Assembly (NCBI GenBank): GCA_039961735.1
Contig: JABRVX010000059.1
Coordinates: forward strand, 1 to 64,000
From: Fimbriimonadia bacterium
GTDB lineage: Bacteria > Armatimonadota > Fimbriimonadia > Fimbriimonadales > JABRVX01
Length of the DNA: 64,000 nt
Direction of reading: 5' to 3'
The notes under the pieces were generated by a model. It worked only from the letters and a program-made list of their open reading frames with translations. It was not told the origin of the DNA and ran no database searches. This document shows, in pieces, positions 1-8,646 of this stretch (the stretch's first letter is position 1; each line of letters begins with the position of its first letter). A program made the translations under genes and the position numbers.

Positions 1-100
1 GGACCGCGCCGGGGCTCCGAAACCCATGCCCCGGCCCGCGTCCGCCGCTATGCAACCACCGCCCGTACCCCGCGAACCCAAGGACCGCGCCGGGGCTCCG
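1..100. repeat. Two direct copies of REP-like motif ggaccgcgccggggctccg (1-19 and 82-100) plus the motif cccatgccccggcccgcgtcc (24-44), upstream of the RAYT gene
   Basis: Exact 19-bp duplicate seen directly. The reverse complement recurs at 704-718 on the other side of the transposase gene. Confidence 0.6.
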
Positions 101-135
101 GGCCACATCCTCTCCGTGCTACGATCCACTCAACG

Positions 136-681
136 ATGCGCTACCGACACTGGCTCAACGTCGGCCAAGGCGACGAGACGGTCTTCGTTACTACGGGCGT
201 CCTGGGGTTCACGCCCGTGTTCCGTCGCTCAGAGCTCGCGGATGCAATGCTCAACTCGCTGGCGGACGACTGCCTGCACCTCGGGGTGACGCTGCACGCC
301 TATGTTGTGATGCCTGAGCATCTCCATCTGCTCGCTCGCCTGCCACCCGGCAGAACTGCAGCGTCAGTCATGCGGAGCATGAAGTCCAGGTCAGCTGCAA
401 TTCTGCTGCCAATGTGTCGCCAGGAGATGGACAGCCTCCAACCTTCGGTCCATGGACGACGTGCCTTCTGGCAAGAGGGCTTCCGCAGTGTTCCCGTGTA
501 CAGTGAGGACGACGCCATTGTGAAGGTCGCCTACATCCACAACAACCCGGTGAAGCGAGGGCTGGTGCGGTCTGCGGAGGAGTATCGGTGGTCCAGCGCC
601 TGGCTGTTCGAGCAGGGCTCGTGGTGCGAGGAGACCGGCCTGCCGCTCGACCAGGTGCTCGCTAGGCACCAACGGTGCTAG
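136..681 (+). CDS. REP-associated tyrosine transposase (RAYT, IS200/IS605-like TnpA_REP)
   Basis: 181-aa ORF with HuH motif (MPEHLHLLARL) and downstream catalytic Tyr region (YIHNNPVKRG...YRWSS) typical of IS200-like/RAYT transposases. Flanked by inverted REP-like sequences. Confidence 0.8.
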   Translation: MRYRHWLNVGQGDETVFVTTGVLGFTPVFRRSELADAMLNSLADDCLHLGVTLHAYVVMPEHLHLLARLPPGRTAASVMRSMKSRSAAILLPMCRQEMDSLQPSVHGRRAFWQEGFRSVPVYSEDDAIVKVAYIHNNPVKRGLVRSAEEYRWSSAWLFEQGSWCEETGLPLDQVLARHQRC

Positions 682-703
682 AGCGGCGCGTCGGCGGCCC
701 GAT

Positions 704-718
704 GCCCCGGCGCGGTCC
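704..718. repeat. Inverted copy (gccccggcgcggtcc) of the REP-like motif found at 1-19, downstream of the RAYT
   Basis: Exact reverse complement of 1-15 seen in sequence. Confidence 0.6.
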
Positions 719-751
719 CTGGGCCGGCGGCTGCCGGGAGGTTGGAGGCGG

Positions 752-936
752 CCGACCGGGACGCGGGCCAGGGCATGGATCGCGGCGACAGCCGACCGGG
801 ACGCGGGACGGGGCATGGATCGCGGCGACAGCCGACCGGGACGCGGGCCAGGGCATGGATCGCGGCGACAGCCGACCGGGACGCGGGCCAGGGCATGGAT
901 CGCGGCGACAGCCGACCGGGACGCGGGACGGGGCAT
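752..936. repeat. Tandem array of a 40-bp unit (ccgaccgggacgcgggccagggcatggatcgcggcgacag), about 4.6 copies. The unit contains the reverse complement of the REP-like motif at 24-44.
   Basis: Units at 752-791, 792-831, 832-871, 872-911 and a partial unit 912-936. Minor variants (gggacgg vs gggccag). Six-frame ORFs through it are repeat-translation artefacts. Confidence 0.85.
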
Positions 937-949
937 CGTGATCTTGCGT

Positions 950-1861
950 CTACTCCACGGTGTCCCAGAGGAAGCGGTCGTAGTCGATTACGTTGTCGTA
1001 GTTCGCGTTCATCCCGTCCACCAGAGTTGCCACTCGGACACTCTTGACGTGCCCGTCCAAGAACGCAACGGTGAACCCTTCTCCGTAGGGATGGAACGGG
1101 AACGCCTTGCCGAAGGCGATTGCCGAGGTTGCGCAAGCAGCATTGTTCGGGTCGCCGCGAGCCACGGAGTAGCACACCCAGCCGAGCTGAGTGGTCGAGA
1201 ACGGCGGGATCATGCCGACGGGCTTTCGGATGGTGGTGGGAGCGAAGGGCGAGTCCACAACGAAACATCCTCCGCCGGCCGGGGAGCCGTCACTGGTTCG
1301 ACCATAGATGCTGTCTACGAAGACGAGCGTGGTTGCGGGCGCGGCCACCCCCGAGACCGACGCCAGCCAGGTCGTCGGGCTCTGCGCCGTGCCGGTCTGA
1401 TACGCCAGCCAGTTGTAGTTGTAGCCTAGATTGGTGTGAAACCCTTCGCAATAGCGGCGCAGATAGGGGCGATTCGCCGGAATACTGACCTCGTTGACGT
1501 TGCGTGGGTTGCGAACGTGGTTATCATCCGGGTCTCCGGGGCAGATCAGAATCTCGTAGCTCCGCATATAGCTCTGTAGGAGGGTCGGCCATGCGACGTC
1601 TTCATCGCCCACAGGGATCGTGAGGCCCCAGGTGGTGTCGAAGAAGCCTTTCTTATTGGGCGGGAACAGGTAGTCGTCGTAGTCGTTCGCGTACATGATC
1701 GCGGCCTTGACACCTTGGTTGTGGTACGACTGGCAGGCTGCCTGATGTGCCTTGAGCCGTGCTTGCGAGAACACCGGGAACAGGATGCCGGCCAAGATCG
1801 CGATGATCGCGATGACCACCAACAGTTCGATGAGCGTAAAGCCTCGCTTCGGGTCTGTCAT
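950..1861 (-). CDS. Prepilin-type N-terminal cleavage/methylation domain protein with DUF1559-like C-terminal region (type IV pilin-like/pseudopilin)
   Basis: Start at MTDPKRGFTLIELLVVIAIIAILAGILFPVF, the class III signal/N-methylation motif. C-terminal FLDGHV motif is typical of the DUF1559 pilin-like family. ATG chosen at 1861, the first Met before GFTLIELL. Confidence 0.75.
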   Translation of the reverse strand: MTDPKRGFTLIELLVVIAIIAILAGILFPVFSQARLKAHQAACQSYHNQGVKAAIMYANDYDDYLFPPNKKGFFDTTWGLTIPVGDEDVAWPTLLQSYMRSYEILICPGDPDDNHVRNPRNVNEVSIPANRPYLRRYCEGFHTNLGYNYNWLAYQTGTAQSPTTWLASVSGVAAPATTLVFVDSIYGRTSDGSPAGGGCFVVDSPFAPTTIRKPVGMIPPFSTTQLGWVCYSVARGDPNNAACATSAIAFGKAFPFHPYGEGFTVAFLDGHVKSVRVATLVDGMNANYDNVIDYDRFLWDTVE

Positions 1862-2216
1862 TTCGGAACACCTCTTGGAGCCGAATCGCCACGGTCGATT
1901 GGGGCCGGACGCTACAGGATCTCCACCATACGGACGGGTGGAGGCTCTCAAATCGTTCTAAGTAAAGTAATTCCCGCAGTTTCGCGGATGCTGGGGGCGA
2001 CGCGAGCCAGCACTTGCCTATTACTGCGGGAACGGCTAGAATAGGCAACGCAAAGCGTAACGAATGGGTACGCCCAGCCGTACAGGATCGCGTGTCACCT
2101 GCGCCTAAGACGCCGAGTTCCCGAAAATCGAACCGGATAGCGTCTCGTGGGCGCAGCATGAGGCGCCGGCTTGCCGTCGCCAGGACCCGGTACAGGGCGC
2201 ACGGATGGAGGTTTTG

Positions 2217-3155
2217 ATGCGTTGGTTGGCTGCAGTTTTGGTTTGCGCAGGGCTTGTGACGGCAGGTCACTCGCAGCAACCCGGTACAGATTACAGGTTC
2301 CAGGACTATGACCAGCTCTTCGTGTCGTTGGCTCAGGAGCCGGAGCGAAACATCCGGGCCACCGTAGGGGGGGACGGTTACATCGATTACCCATACATCG
2401 GCCGGGTGCTGGTGCGCGGGCGAACCGTGGCCGAGGTCCAAGAGGAGATCGTCAGCAGGCTGAAGGCCGGCGGGTATTTCGTGGCTCCCGACGTCAGCAT
2501 CACGATAGAGGTGTTCCGCAAACCGCTGGCTACGGTGGTCGGGCAGGACACTGTGCAGCGACCGAACGCGTACGAATTCCGGCCTGGTCAGCGTCTGCGC
2601 GACCTCATCGGAATGGCCGGCGGCCCCATCTATGGCGCAGCGGACACCAGGCGAGCCGTTCTTCAGCGTAAGGACAGCAACGAGCGTATTCCTGTGAACC
2701 TGCGGTTCCTTCTGCAGGACGTTCGTGACGACCAGAACTACGAGTTGAAGGACGGTGACGTTCTCACAGTTCCGCGCGACGAGCAGAACTTCATCACCGT
2801 CATCGGCGAAGTGAACAACCCAGGACCCCAGGTGTACCGCGAAGGGATGAGAGTGACCGACGCGATTGCCGCAGCACGGGGCGGCATTCCCGAACGAGGC
2901 CGGCTCAGCGCGATAACCCTGCTTAGGAAAGACCCGTACGACCCCGCCAAGGTCACTCAGATACCCGTGAACCTGTTCGAGGCGATCAAGGATATCAACA
3001 AGGACCTCGTGTTGCAGAAGACGGACACGCTGGTCGTGCCGCGAACGAACAACATAGACTTGCGCAACGTTCGGGACCTCGCGAATGCGATTTATATCAT
3101 CACCATCACGCTTCGGAATCGGCCATTCGACGCCGTGACCGACGCTCTGCGATAG
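2217..3155 (+). CDS. Polysaccharide export protein, Wza-like (SLBB domains)
   Basis: Signal peptide MRWLAAVLVCAGLVTAGHS. Repeated soluble-ligand-binding beta-grasp-like segments (GDVLTVP, FITVIGEVNNPG). GGAGG 5 nt upstream of ATG 2217; alternative in-frame ATG at 2205. Confidence 0.7.
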   Translation: MRWLAAVLVCAGLVTAGHSQQPGTDYRFQDYDQLFVSLAQEPERNIRATVGGDGYIDYPYIGRVLVRGRTVAEVQEEIVSRLKAGGYFVAPDVSITIEVFRKPLATVVGQDTVQRPNAYEFRPGQRLRDLIGMAGGPIYGAADTRRAVLQRKDSNERIPVNLRFLLQDVRDDQNYELKDGDVLTVPRDEQNFITVIGEVNNPGPQVYREGMRVTDAIAAARGGIPERGRLSAITLLRKDPYDPAKVTQIPVNLFEAIKDINKDLVLQKTDTLVVPRTNNIDLRNVRDLANAIYIITITLRNRPFDAVTDALR

Positions 3156-3175
3156 GTTAGGTAGGGGGCGGCTCA

Positions 3176-5413
3176 GTGCAAAGCGGAATTCTTCAGTTCC
3201 TGGCGCCGGTTCGGCGCCGATGGTGGCTAGTGGCCATTATCGTCATCCCCATCTGCTTGATCACAGCGGCAATCTCCATTTTCTCGCCCACGATGTACGA
3301 CGGTTTCGTGACGATCACCGAGAAGCGCGTGGACCCACGCACGAACGTCGAGATCTATCCCACCATGGGCATCCAGACTGTGGACGTGGAGACGAGGCTG
3401 AACAACCTCATCAACACGATCACGAGCTGGACGGTGTTGCAAAAGACGTTCCTGGACCTTGTACAAACTGGCGAGTGGAAGCCCAAAGCCAATCCTTCAG
3501 CTGGAACGAAACAGTTCAACGACGCGATCACGGAGTTCACCTCTTCAGTGGACATCGAGCCAGTCCGCGGCTCCGAGTTGATCCGAATCCACTTCAAGGC
3601 TGATTCGCAGGAGGCCGCAATGGCGGGGATCAGCCGGCTCTACACGAACTTCCGTGACCACTACATCGAGCTGAACAGTGCCGCGGGCCTGAGAGAGCGC
3701 GAGTTTATCGAGGCGATGCTCGCCAAGGCGAGACAGGACTTTGCCGACGTCGTGGAGCGGAGGAAGAAGTACATCGCGGAGAATGAAGCTGTTGCACTCC
3801 AGGCTTCGACCTCCAGCCTGGTGAACCTTCGCGGGGAGACGCTTTCACAGATGAATCAGGCGGAGCGGGACCTCGCGATGTCCCAACGCTCGCAGGCCGT
3901 CTACCAGGCCGTGAAGGCCGAAAACCAGAAGCAGCCCCTCATCCCGACCGCCACGGCCCAGGCGATGAACCCGGTGTACGACCAGATCAAGCGCCAACTT
4001 GCGTCCGTTGAGGCAGAGTTATCGTCGCGCCTCCAGACGTATGGTCCCAACCACCCCCGCATGCGCGAGTTGGCACAGCAGAAGCAGGCTCTTATGGAAA
4101 AGGAAGCGGAGCTACTTCGAGCGAAGGAGGCTTACCTTCTGTCCGGCAAGTCCGAGACTCGTAGCTCCGAGTTGACGGAGGCGGAGCGAAACGTCAACCT
4201 GACCGAAGCGAACATAGTTGCCGCGAGGGCTAGGAAGGCGGTCCTCAACGTGCAGCTGGAGGACATCGAGCAGAAGCTGCAGCAGGTGCCTGAGAAGGAG
4301 CGGGGTCTGGCCCTGATCGAGGCGGAGTACGTCTCGCGACAGCGCGACCTCGATTTGCTTCAGACACGACTTACCGAAGCGAAGATCAAAGAAGAGGATG
4401 CGAAGAACGTACGCCTTACGATGGTGGACGACGCGTTCGTCCGGGTTATCCCGAAAAAGACCCTAATCAAGCTCGCGATCGCCTTCGGCCTCAGCTTCGC
4501 GCTCTCCGTGGGTTTGGTGCTGGTTCTCGGCCAGTTCGATGCCGGAGCGTACAGTCCGATGCAGGCGGAGAACGCGCTGGGCTACCCGGTCATCGGGTCG
4601 CTTCCGCGTACTCGCCAGGCTCAGCTTCCGAAGACGACCGAGACGGCGTCACCGCTCGCCTCTTCGTTCCAGGTGCTTTCCACCAACATCGTGGAGATGC
4701 GGAACCGGTTGCAGGGTCCGGCCATCGTGGTAGCGAGTGCCGAGCCGAACGTCGGGCGCAGTTCGGTGGCTGCCAACCTGGCGGTGAGCCTGGCCAGGGA
4801 CGGCTCACGCGTCGTGCTGGTGGATGGAGACATGCGAGAGCCGTCACTTCACCGCCACTTCGACGTCGAGAACCGCAGTGGGTTGGCGGAGATTCTGGCC
4901 GGCACGGCGGCCATAGAGGATGTGTGCATGCCGACACCGGTGGACGGGTTGTTGCTGATCACTGCTGGCAAGCCGCCTGCTAACCCGGTCCGACTGCTGC
5001 GTGACGTGGGGTTGGAACGGTTCATCGAGCAGGTATCGAAGGCTGCGGACTTCGTGATATTCGACAGCCCGGCTGGCTCTGCGTTTGCGGATGCTGACGT
5101 GCTTGCCGGAACGCTTCAGAACGTGCTGCTCATCCACGAGGCCGGGTCACCGGCAACGATCAGCGAGGCGGAGTTCCACAAGCGGCTCGAGCGTCTGGGC
5201 ATCAACATTATCGGCGTTGCGTTGAACAAGGTCCGACCCGAGGACTGCTCTGGCTACATCACCTTCCGGCGAGCTTACGAGGCCTCGCTGATGGCGCGCG
5301 AGGTGCCCAGCATACCCACCGAGCGACCCGCACTCGACAAGCCCAAACGGGAGAAAGCCGAGGCACCACGTCGGCCGGATGTCGAGGCGGATGACGAGGA
5401 CGACGAGGTCTAG
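3176..5413 (+). CDS. Wzc/GumC-like polysaccharide co-polymerase with C-terminal BY-kinase-like ATPase domain. Atypical: Walker A Lys is Arg and there is no C-terminal Tyr cluster.
   Basis: N-terminal TM, long coiled-coil periplasmic region, second TM, then VVASAEPNVGRSSVAANLA (Walker A-like with GRS instead of GKS), VLVDGDMREPS (Walker A prime) and VIFDSPAG (Walker B). Acidic C-terminal tail DVEADDEDDEV. GTG start with AGGGGG RBS. Confidence 0.75.
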   Translation: MQSGILQFLAPVRRRWWLVAIIVIPICLITAAISIFSPTMYDGFVTITEKRVDPRTNVEIYPTMGIQTVDVETRLNNLINTITSWTVLQKTFLDLVQTGEWKPKANPSAGTKQFNDAITEFTSSVDIEPVRGSELIRIHFKADSQEAAMAGISRLYTNFRDHYIELNSAAGLREREFIEAMLAKARQDFADVVERRKKYIAENEAVALQASTSSLVNLRGETLSQMNQAERDLAMSQRSQAVYQAVKAENQKQPLIPTATAQAMNPVYDQIKRQLASVEAELSSRLQTYGPNHPRMRELAQQKQALMEKEAELLRAKEAYLLSGKSETRSSELTEAERNVNLTEANIVAARARKAVLNVQLEDIEQKLQQVPEKERGLALIEAEYVSRQRDLDLLQTRLTEAKIKEEDAKNVRLTMVDDAFVRVIPKKTLIKLAIAFGLSFALSVGLVLVLGQFDAGAYSPMQAENALGYPVIGSLPRTRQAQLPKTTETASPLASSFQVLSTNIVEMRNRLQGPAIVVASAEPNVGRSSVAANLAVSLARDGSRVVLVDGDMREPSLHRHFDVENRSGLAEILAGTAAIEDVCMPTPVDGLLLITAGKPPANPVRLLRDVGLERFIEQVSKAADFVIFDSPAGSAFADADVLAGTLQNVLLIHEAGSPATISEAEFHKRLERLGINIIGVALNKVRPEDCSGYITFRRAYEASLMAREVPSIPTERPALDKPKREKAEAPRRPDVEADDEDDEV

Positions 5414-5457
5414 TTGGTTGGGTGGCGCCGCGACCGACGCGGCGCCACCCCTTATGC

Positions 5458-6138
5458 ATGAATATGAGACTGGCAAAGAGAGCGACACAGGCACAGACGG
5501 TCTCCGTTTTCGAGGGCCGGATACCCTATCGCCATGTGCAATACCGGGTGTTCAAACGCGTGCTGGACGTGACGGGTTCTGCCGCCATGCTGCTGCTGCT
5601 GTTCCCACTCATGGCTGCCATTGCGCTAGCCGTCAAGCTGACTTCCCCTGGCCCGGTGATCTTCATGCAGCCGCGGGTGGGGCTCCGCGGGCGAACGTTT
5701 ATGTTCCTGAAGTTCCGCTCCATGTACATGGATGCCGAGCAGCGGCTCCGAGAAGTGGGCGGGCTGAACGAGAAGGATGGACCGATCTTCAAGATCAAGA
5801 ACGACCCCAGGGTCACGCCGATCGGCCGGACGCTGCGCAAGTTCAGCCTCGACGAGCTGCCGCAGCTCATCAACGTGCTGCGCGGGGACATGAGCCTGGT
5901 GGGACCACGTCCGCCATTGCCCCGCGAGGTGGAGAAGTATGATGAAGAGAGCTATGTACGGCTCTGCGTGACTCCGGGCATTACTTGCCTTTGGCAAATC
6001 TGCGGCCGCAGCGATCTATCCTTTGTGGATTGGGTCCGACTAGACAGGTTCTACATCGAGCACATGTCGTTCTGGCTCGATCTGAAGATTCTGCTCTTGA
6101 CCATTCCTGCAGTGCTGAAAGGACAAGGAGCATACTAG
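5458..6138 (+). CDS. Polyprenyl-phosphate sugar phosphotransferase (bacterial sugar transferase family, WbaP/WcaJ C-terminal-domain type)
   Basis: Single N-terminal TM, then the conserved core PGPVIFMQPRVG...FLKFRSM...DELPQL...GDMSLVGPRP. Start uncertain: in-frame GTG at 5422, ATG at 5458 or 5464. Confidence 0.8.
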   Translation: MNMRLAKRATQAQTVSVFEGRIPYRHVQYRVFKRVLDVTGSAAMLLLLFPLMAAIALAVKLTSPGPVIFMQPRVGLRGRTFMFLKFRSMYMDAEQRLREVGGLNEKDGPIFKIKNDPRVTPIGRTLRKFSLDELPQLINVLRGDMSLVGPRPPLPREVEKYDEESYVRLCVTPGITCLWQICGRSDLSFVDWVRLDRFYIEHMSFWLDLKILLLTIPAVLKGQGAY

Positions 6139-6217
6139 CCGGGTGGGATAGAGGCGCGCGCAAGGCGGGCATGTCGGCACGTGGCGACCACCATCGGCAA
6201 CGACATAGGGGTATCGG

Positions 6218-7168
6218 TTGAATCGGATACTGGTAACGGGCGGGGCCGGCTTCATCGGAGGCTTCGTCGTCGAACAACTGCTGAGCGCGGGGAAGGCCGT
6301 TCGGGTGCTAGACGACCTGTCCACTGGCTCGATGGACACGCTGGACGGTCTGGTTGGCAATCTGGAGTTTCAGCGTGGGGACATCCGCGACGAGAAGGCG
6401 GTTCGCGCCGCGGTTGCCGACGTTTCCGGCATCATTCACCTGGCTGCCGACATCTCGGTCCCCGATTCGCTGAACAATCCACTTCACACCTACTCGGTCA
6501 ACGTGATGGGTACGTTGACGGTGCTGGAAGAGGCGCGTCGTGCGGGGGTGGAGAGCTGCGTGATAGCCAGCTCGGCCGCCGTGTACGGAGAGCCTGTTGG
6601 GAGCAAGCAATCCGAGGACTCGCCTACGCTGCCCCTGTCGCCCTACGGGGCGAGCAAGCTGGAGTGCGAGCAACTTGCCTCGCTTTACAGTCGCGCATTT
6701 GCGGTGCCGACGCTTTGCCTACGGTTGTTCAATGTTTACGGGCCCCGGCAGAGGCATGATTCGCCCTATGCCGCCGTGATCCCCATTTTTCTCTCGCGCA
6801 TGATGCAGGGGCTGCCACCGCAGGTTTTCGGTGACGGTCAGCAGCGACGTGACTTCGTGTTCGTCGGCGACGTGGCGCGGGCCCTGATTGGAGCGCTGGG
6901 GCACCCCGAGCTTGCTCCAGGCGTGTACAACGTGGCATCTGGCACGAGCTGCAACCTGCTGGACCTTATCGCAGAGATCAACCGGAGCCTGGGCACGGCG
7001 CTGCAACCCGAGTTCTTGCCGGAGCGGAAGGGAGACATCCGTGAGAGCGTCGCCGACATCTCGCGGGCTCGTCACGAGCTGGGCTTCTCGCCTGCCGTGT
7101 CACTGGCGGAAGGAATCTCCCGAATCGTCCACGAGCGCGTTGTCCCGACGGAGGCGGTCGGTGGCTGA
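6218..7168 (+). CDS. NAD-dependent epimerase/dehydratase (extended SDR, GalE-like)
   Basis: TGGAGFIGG Rossmann motif, catalytic YxxxK (PYGASK), overall GalE/UDP-sugar epimerase architecture. TTG start. Confidence 0.8.
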   Translation: MNRILVTGGAGFIGGFVVEQLLSAGKAVRVLDDLSTGSMDTLDGLVGNLEFQRGDIRDEKAVRAAVADVSGIIHLAADISVPDSLNNPLHTYSVNVMGTLTVLEEARRAGVESCVIASSAAVYGEPVGSKQSEDSPTLPLSPYGASKLECEQLASLYSRAFAVPTLCLRLFNVYGPRQRHDSPYAAVIPIFLSRMMQGLPPQVFGDGQQRRDFVFVGDVARALIGALGHPELAPGVYNVASGTSCNLLDLIAEINRSLGTALQPEFLPERKGDIRESVADISRARHELGFSPAVSLAEGISRIVHERVVPTEAVGG

Positions 7169-8093
7169 TGCTGCGCAGGCTGCAGAACAGGTTGCCGTTG
7201 ACGCCAAGCCTCTGCCTCTTAGCTTGCTCGTGGCGATGCGCCCGAGGCAGTGGGCGAAGAATTTCCTGCTGTTCGGCGGGCTCATCTTTAGCGGGAGCTT
7301 TGCGAAGCCCGAGCTGGTACTTCGTTCGTTCGCAGCCTTCGCCCTGTTCTGCGCGCTGTCGAGTGGGGTGTACCTTCTGAACGATGTGCGCGACCGAGAG
7401 CGGGACGCGCTGCACCCTGAGAAGAGGAGACGGCCCATCGCTTCCGGCCGTGTCTCGGTCGGTCTCGCCGTGGGGACGGCAGTGGTGCTGCTGGTAGCCG
7501 GGATCGGATTGGGCTTCGCTCTGGACCTTGGCTTCGGTGGTGTCGGGACTCTCTACCTTGTCTTACAGGGCGCGTACACCTATGCGCTGAAACAGGTCGT
7601 GATTCTCGACGTCTTTCTGGTTGCTGCCGGCTTCGTGCTTCGGGCTCTTGCCGGCGCGGTTGTTCTGGACGTGCGGTTTTCGCCCTGGCTGTTCCTGTGC
7701 ACGATGATGCTCGCGCTTTTCCTAGGTTTCGGCAAGCGGAGGCACGAGTTGTTGTCGCTGGGTGCCGAAAGCGGCATGCACCGGAACGCGCTGAGGGAGT
7801 ACACGCCCAACCTGCTGGACCACGCGGTCGTGGTGAGCGCAGCATGCACCGTAATGTCCTATGCGCTCTACACGATCCAGTCGACGACGGGTCAGTCCAA
7901 TCCGTATCTGATGCTGACCATCCCGTTCGTGCTCTATGGGGTGCTCAGGTACCTATACCACCTGTACACGCAGCGCGAGGGAGGGAGCCCGGACAAGCTG
8001 CTCTTTCAGGACCCTCACCTCTTGCTGACTGTAGGGTTATGGGTCTTAGTCGCCATCCTCGCGATGGTGCTGGGCAAGACTGGAGTGGAATGA
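7161..8093 (+). CDS. UbiA-family prenyltransferase resembling decaprenyl-phosphate 5-phosphoribosyltransferase (DPPR synthase)
   Basis: N-terminal RPRQWAKNFLLF motif, Asp-rich NDVRDRERD motif, multiple TM helices. Putative GTG start overlaps the epimerase stop (GTGGCTGA); ATG 7233 is the alternative. Confidence 0.7.
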   Translation: MADAAQAAEQVAVDAKPLPLSLLVAMRPRQWAKNFLLFGGLIFSGSFAKPELVLRSFAAFALFCALSSGVYLLNDVRDRERDALHPEKRRRPIASGRVSVGLAVGTAVVLLVAGIGLGFALDLGFGGVGTLYLVLQGAYTYALKQVVILDVFLVAAGFVLRALAGAVVLDVRFSPWLFLCTMMLALFLGFGKRRHELLSLGAESGMHRNALREYTPNLLDHAVVVSAACTVMSYALYTIQSTTGQSNPYLMLTIPFVLYGVLRYLYHLYTQREGGSPDKLLFQDPHLLLTVGLWVLVAILAMVLGKTGVE

Positions 8094-8121
8094 CGTGGTC
8101 AATGGTAGTCTACCGCCCAGC

Positions 8122-8646
8122 ATGACGGAGATGACCGGAGTTCGAGCTTGGGTACAGCGGCAGCCGGAGGCTCGTCGCCAGTTCGTGAAGTTCGCAGTGG
8201 TCGGGGCCTCGAGTACGGTGCTCGACCTGCTGACGTATAAGCTGTTGTGGTTCGTGCTGCCGGTCATTCCCTACGCTATGGCTCGGGGAGTGTTCCTGCT
8301 GACCGATCCGCTGGGCATCGCGCTGGACCTACAGAGAACTGCCGCTGCGATGGCCAGCGTGATCTCCAGTGGAGTGGTGGGCACTGCCAACAGCTTCTAT
8401 TGGAATCGAAAGTGGACGTTCCGCGCAAGCGGACACGACTTGGCAATCCGACAGATACGTCGGTTTCTCTTCGTCTCGTATACCGGCATGGCCCTGAGGG
8501 CGATTATCGTGTATGGGTTGATGCCTCCGACAGGCGTCCGGCCGTCAGCTATTCAGGTGCTGATTTATCAGCTCATAGCCATCGTGATCGTGATGTTCTG
8601 GAACTTTTTCATGAACCGCCTATGGACATTTCGCAAGAACCGATAA
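8122..8646 (+). CDS. GtrA family membrane protein (polyprenyl-phosphate sugar translocation-associated)
   Basis: RRQFVKFAVVGASSTVLDLLTY N-terminus and four TM segments, typical of GtrA (PF04138-like). Start ambiguous: GTG 8095, ATG 8122 or 8131. Confidence 0.65.
   Translation: MTEMTGVRAWVQRQPEARRQFVKFAVVGASSTVLDLLTYKLLWFVLPVIPYAMARGVFLLTDPLGIALDLQRTAAAMASVISSGVVGTANSFYWNRKWTFRASGHDLAIRQIRRFLFVSYTGMALRAIIVYGLMPPTGVRPSAIQVLIYQLIAIVIVMFWNFFMNRLWTFRKNR

Noticed and set aside
391-936. Several overlapping ORFs translating MPRPASRSAVAAIHALARVPVG repeatedly
   Set aside because: They are translations of the 40-bp tandem DNA repeat in different frames and on both strands, not genes.
1653-2441. 262-aa minus-strand ORF overlapping the pilin-like gene start and the wza 5' region
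   Set aside because: It spans a divergent promoter region and overlaps two supported genes. It has no recognisable domain.
7168-7380. ATG at 7168 (MLRRLQNRLP...) immediately after the epimerase stop as the UbiA start
   Set aside because: It is in a different frame from the UbiA-family ORF and gives a 70-aa Cys/Arg-rich product. The in-frame GTG 7161 or ATG 7233 is preferred.
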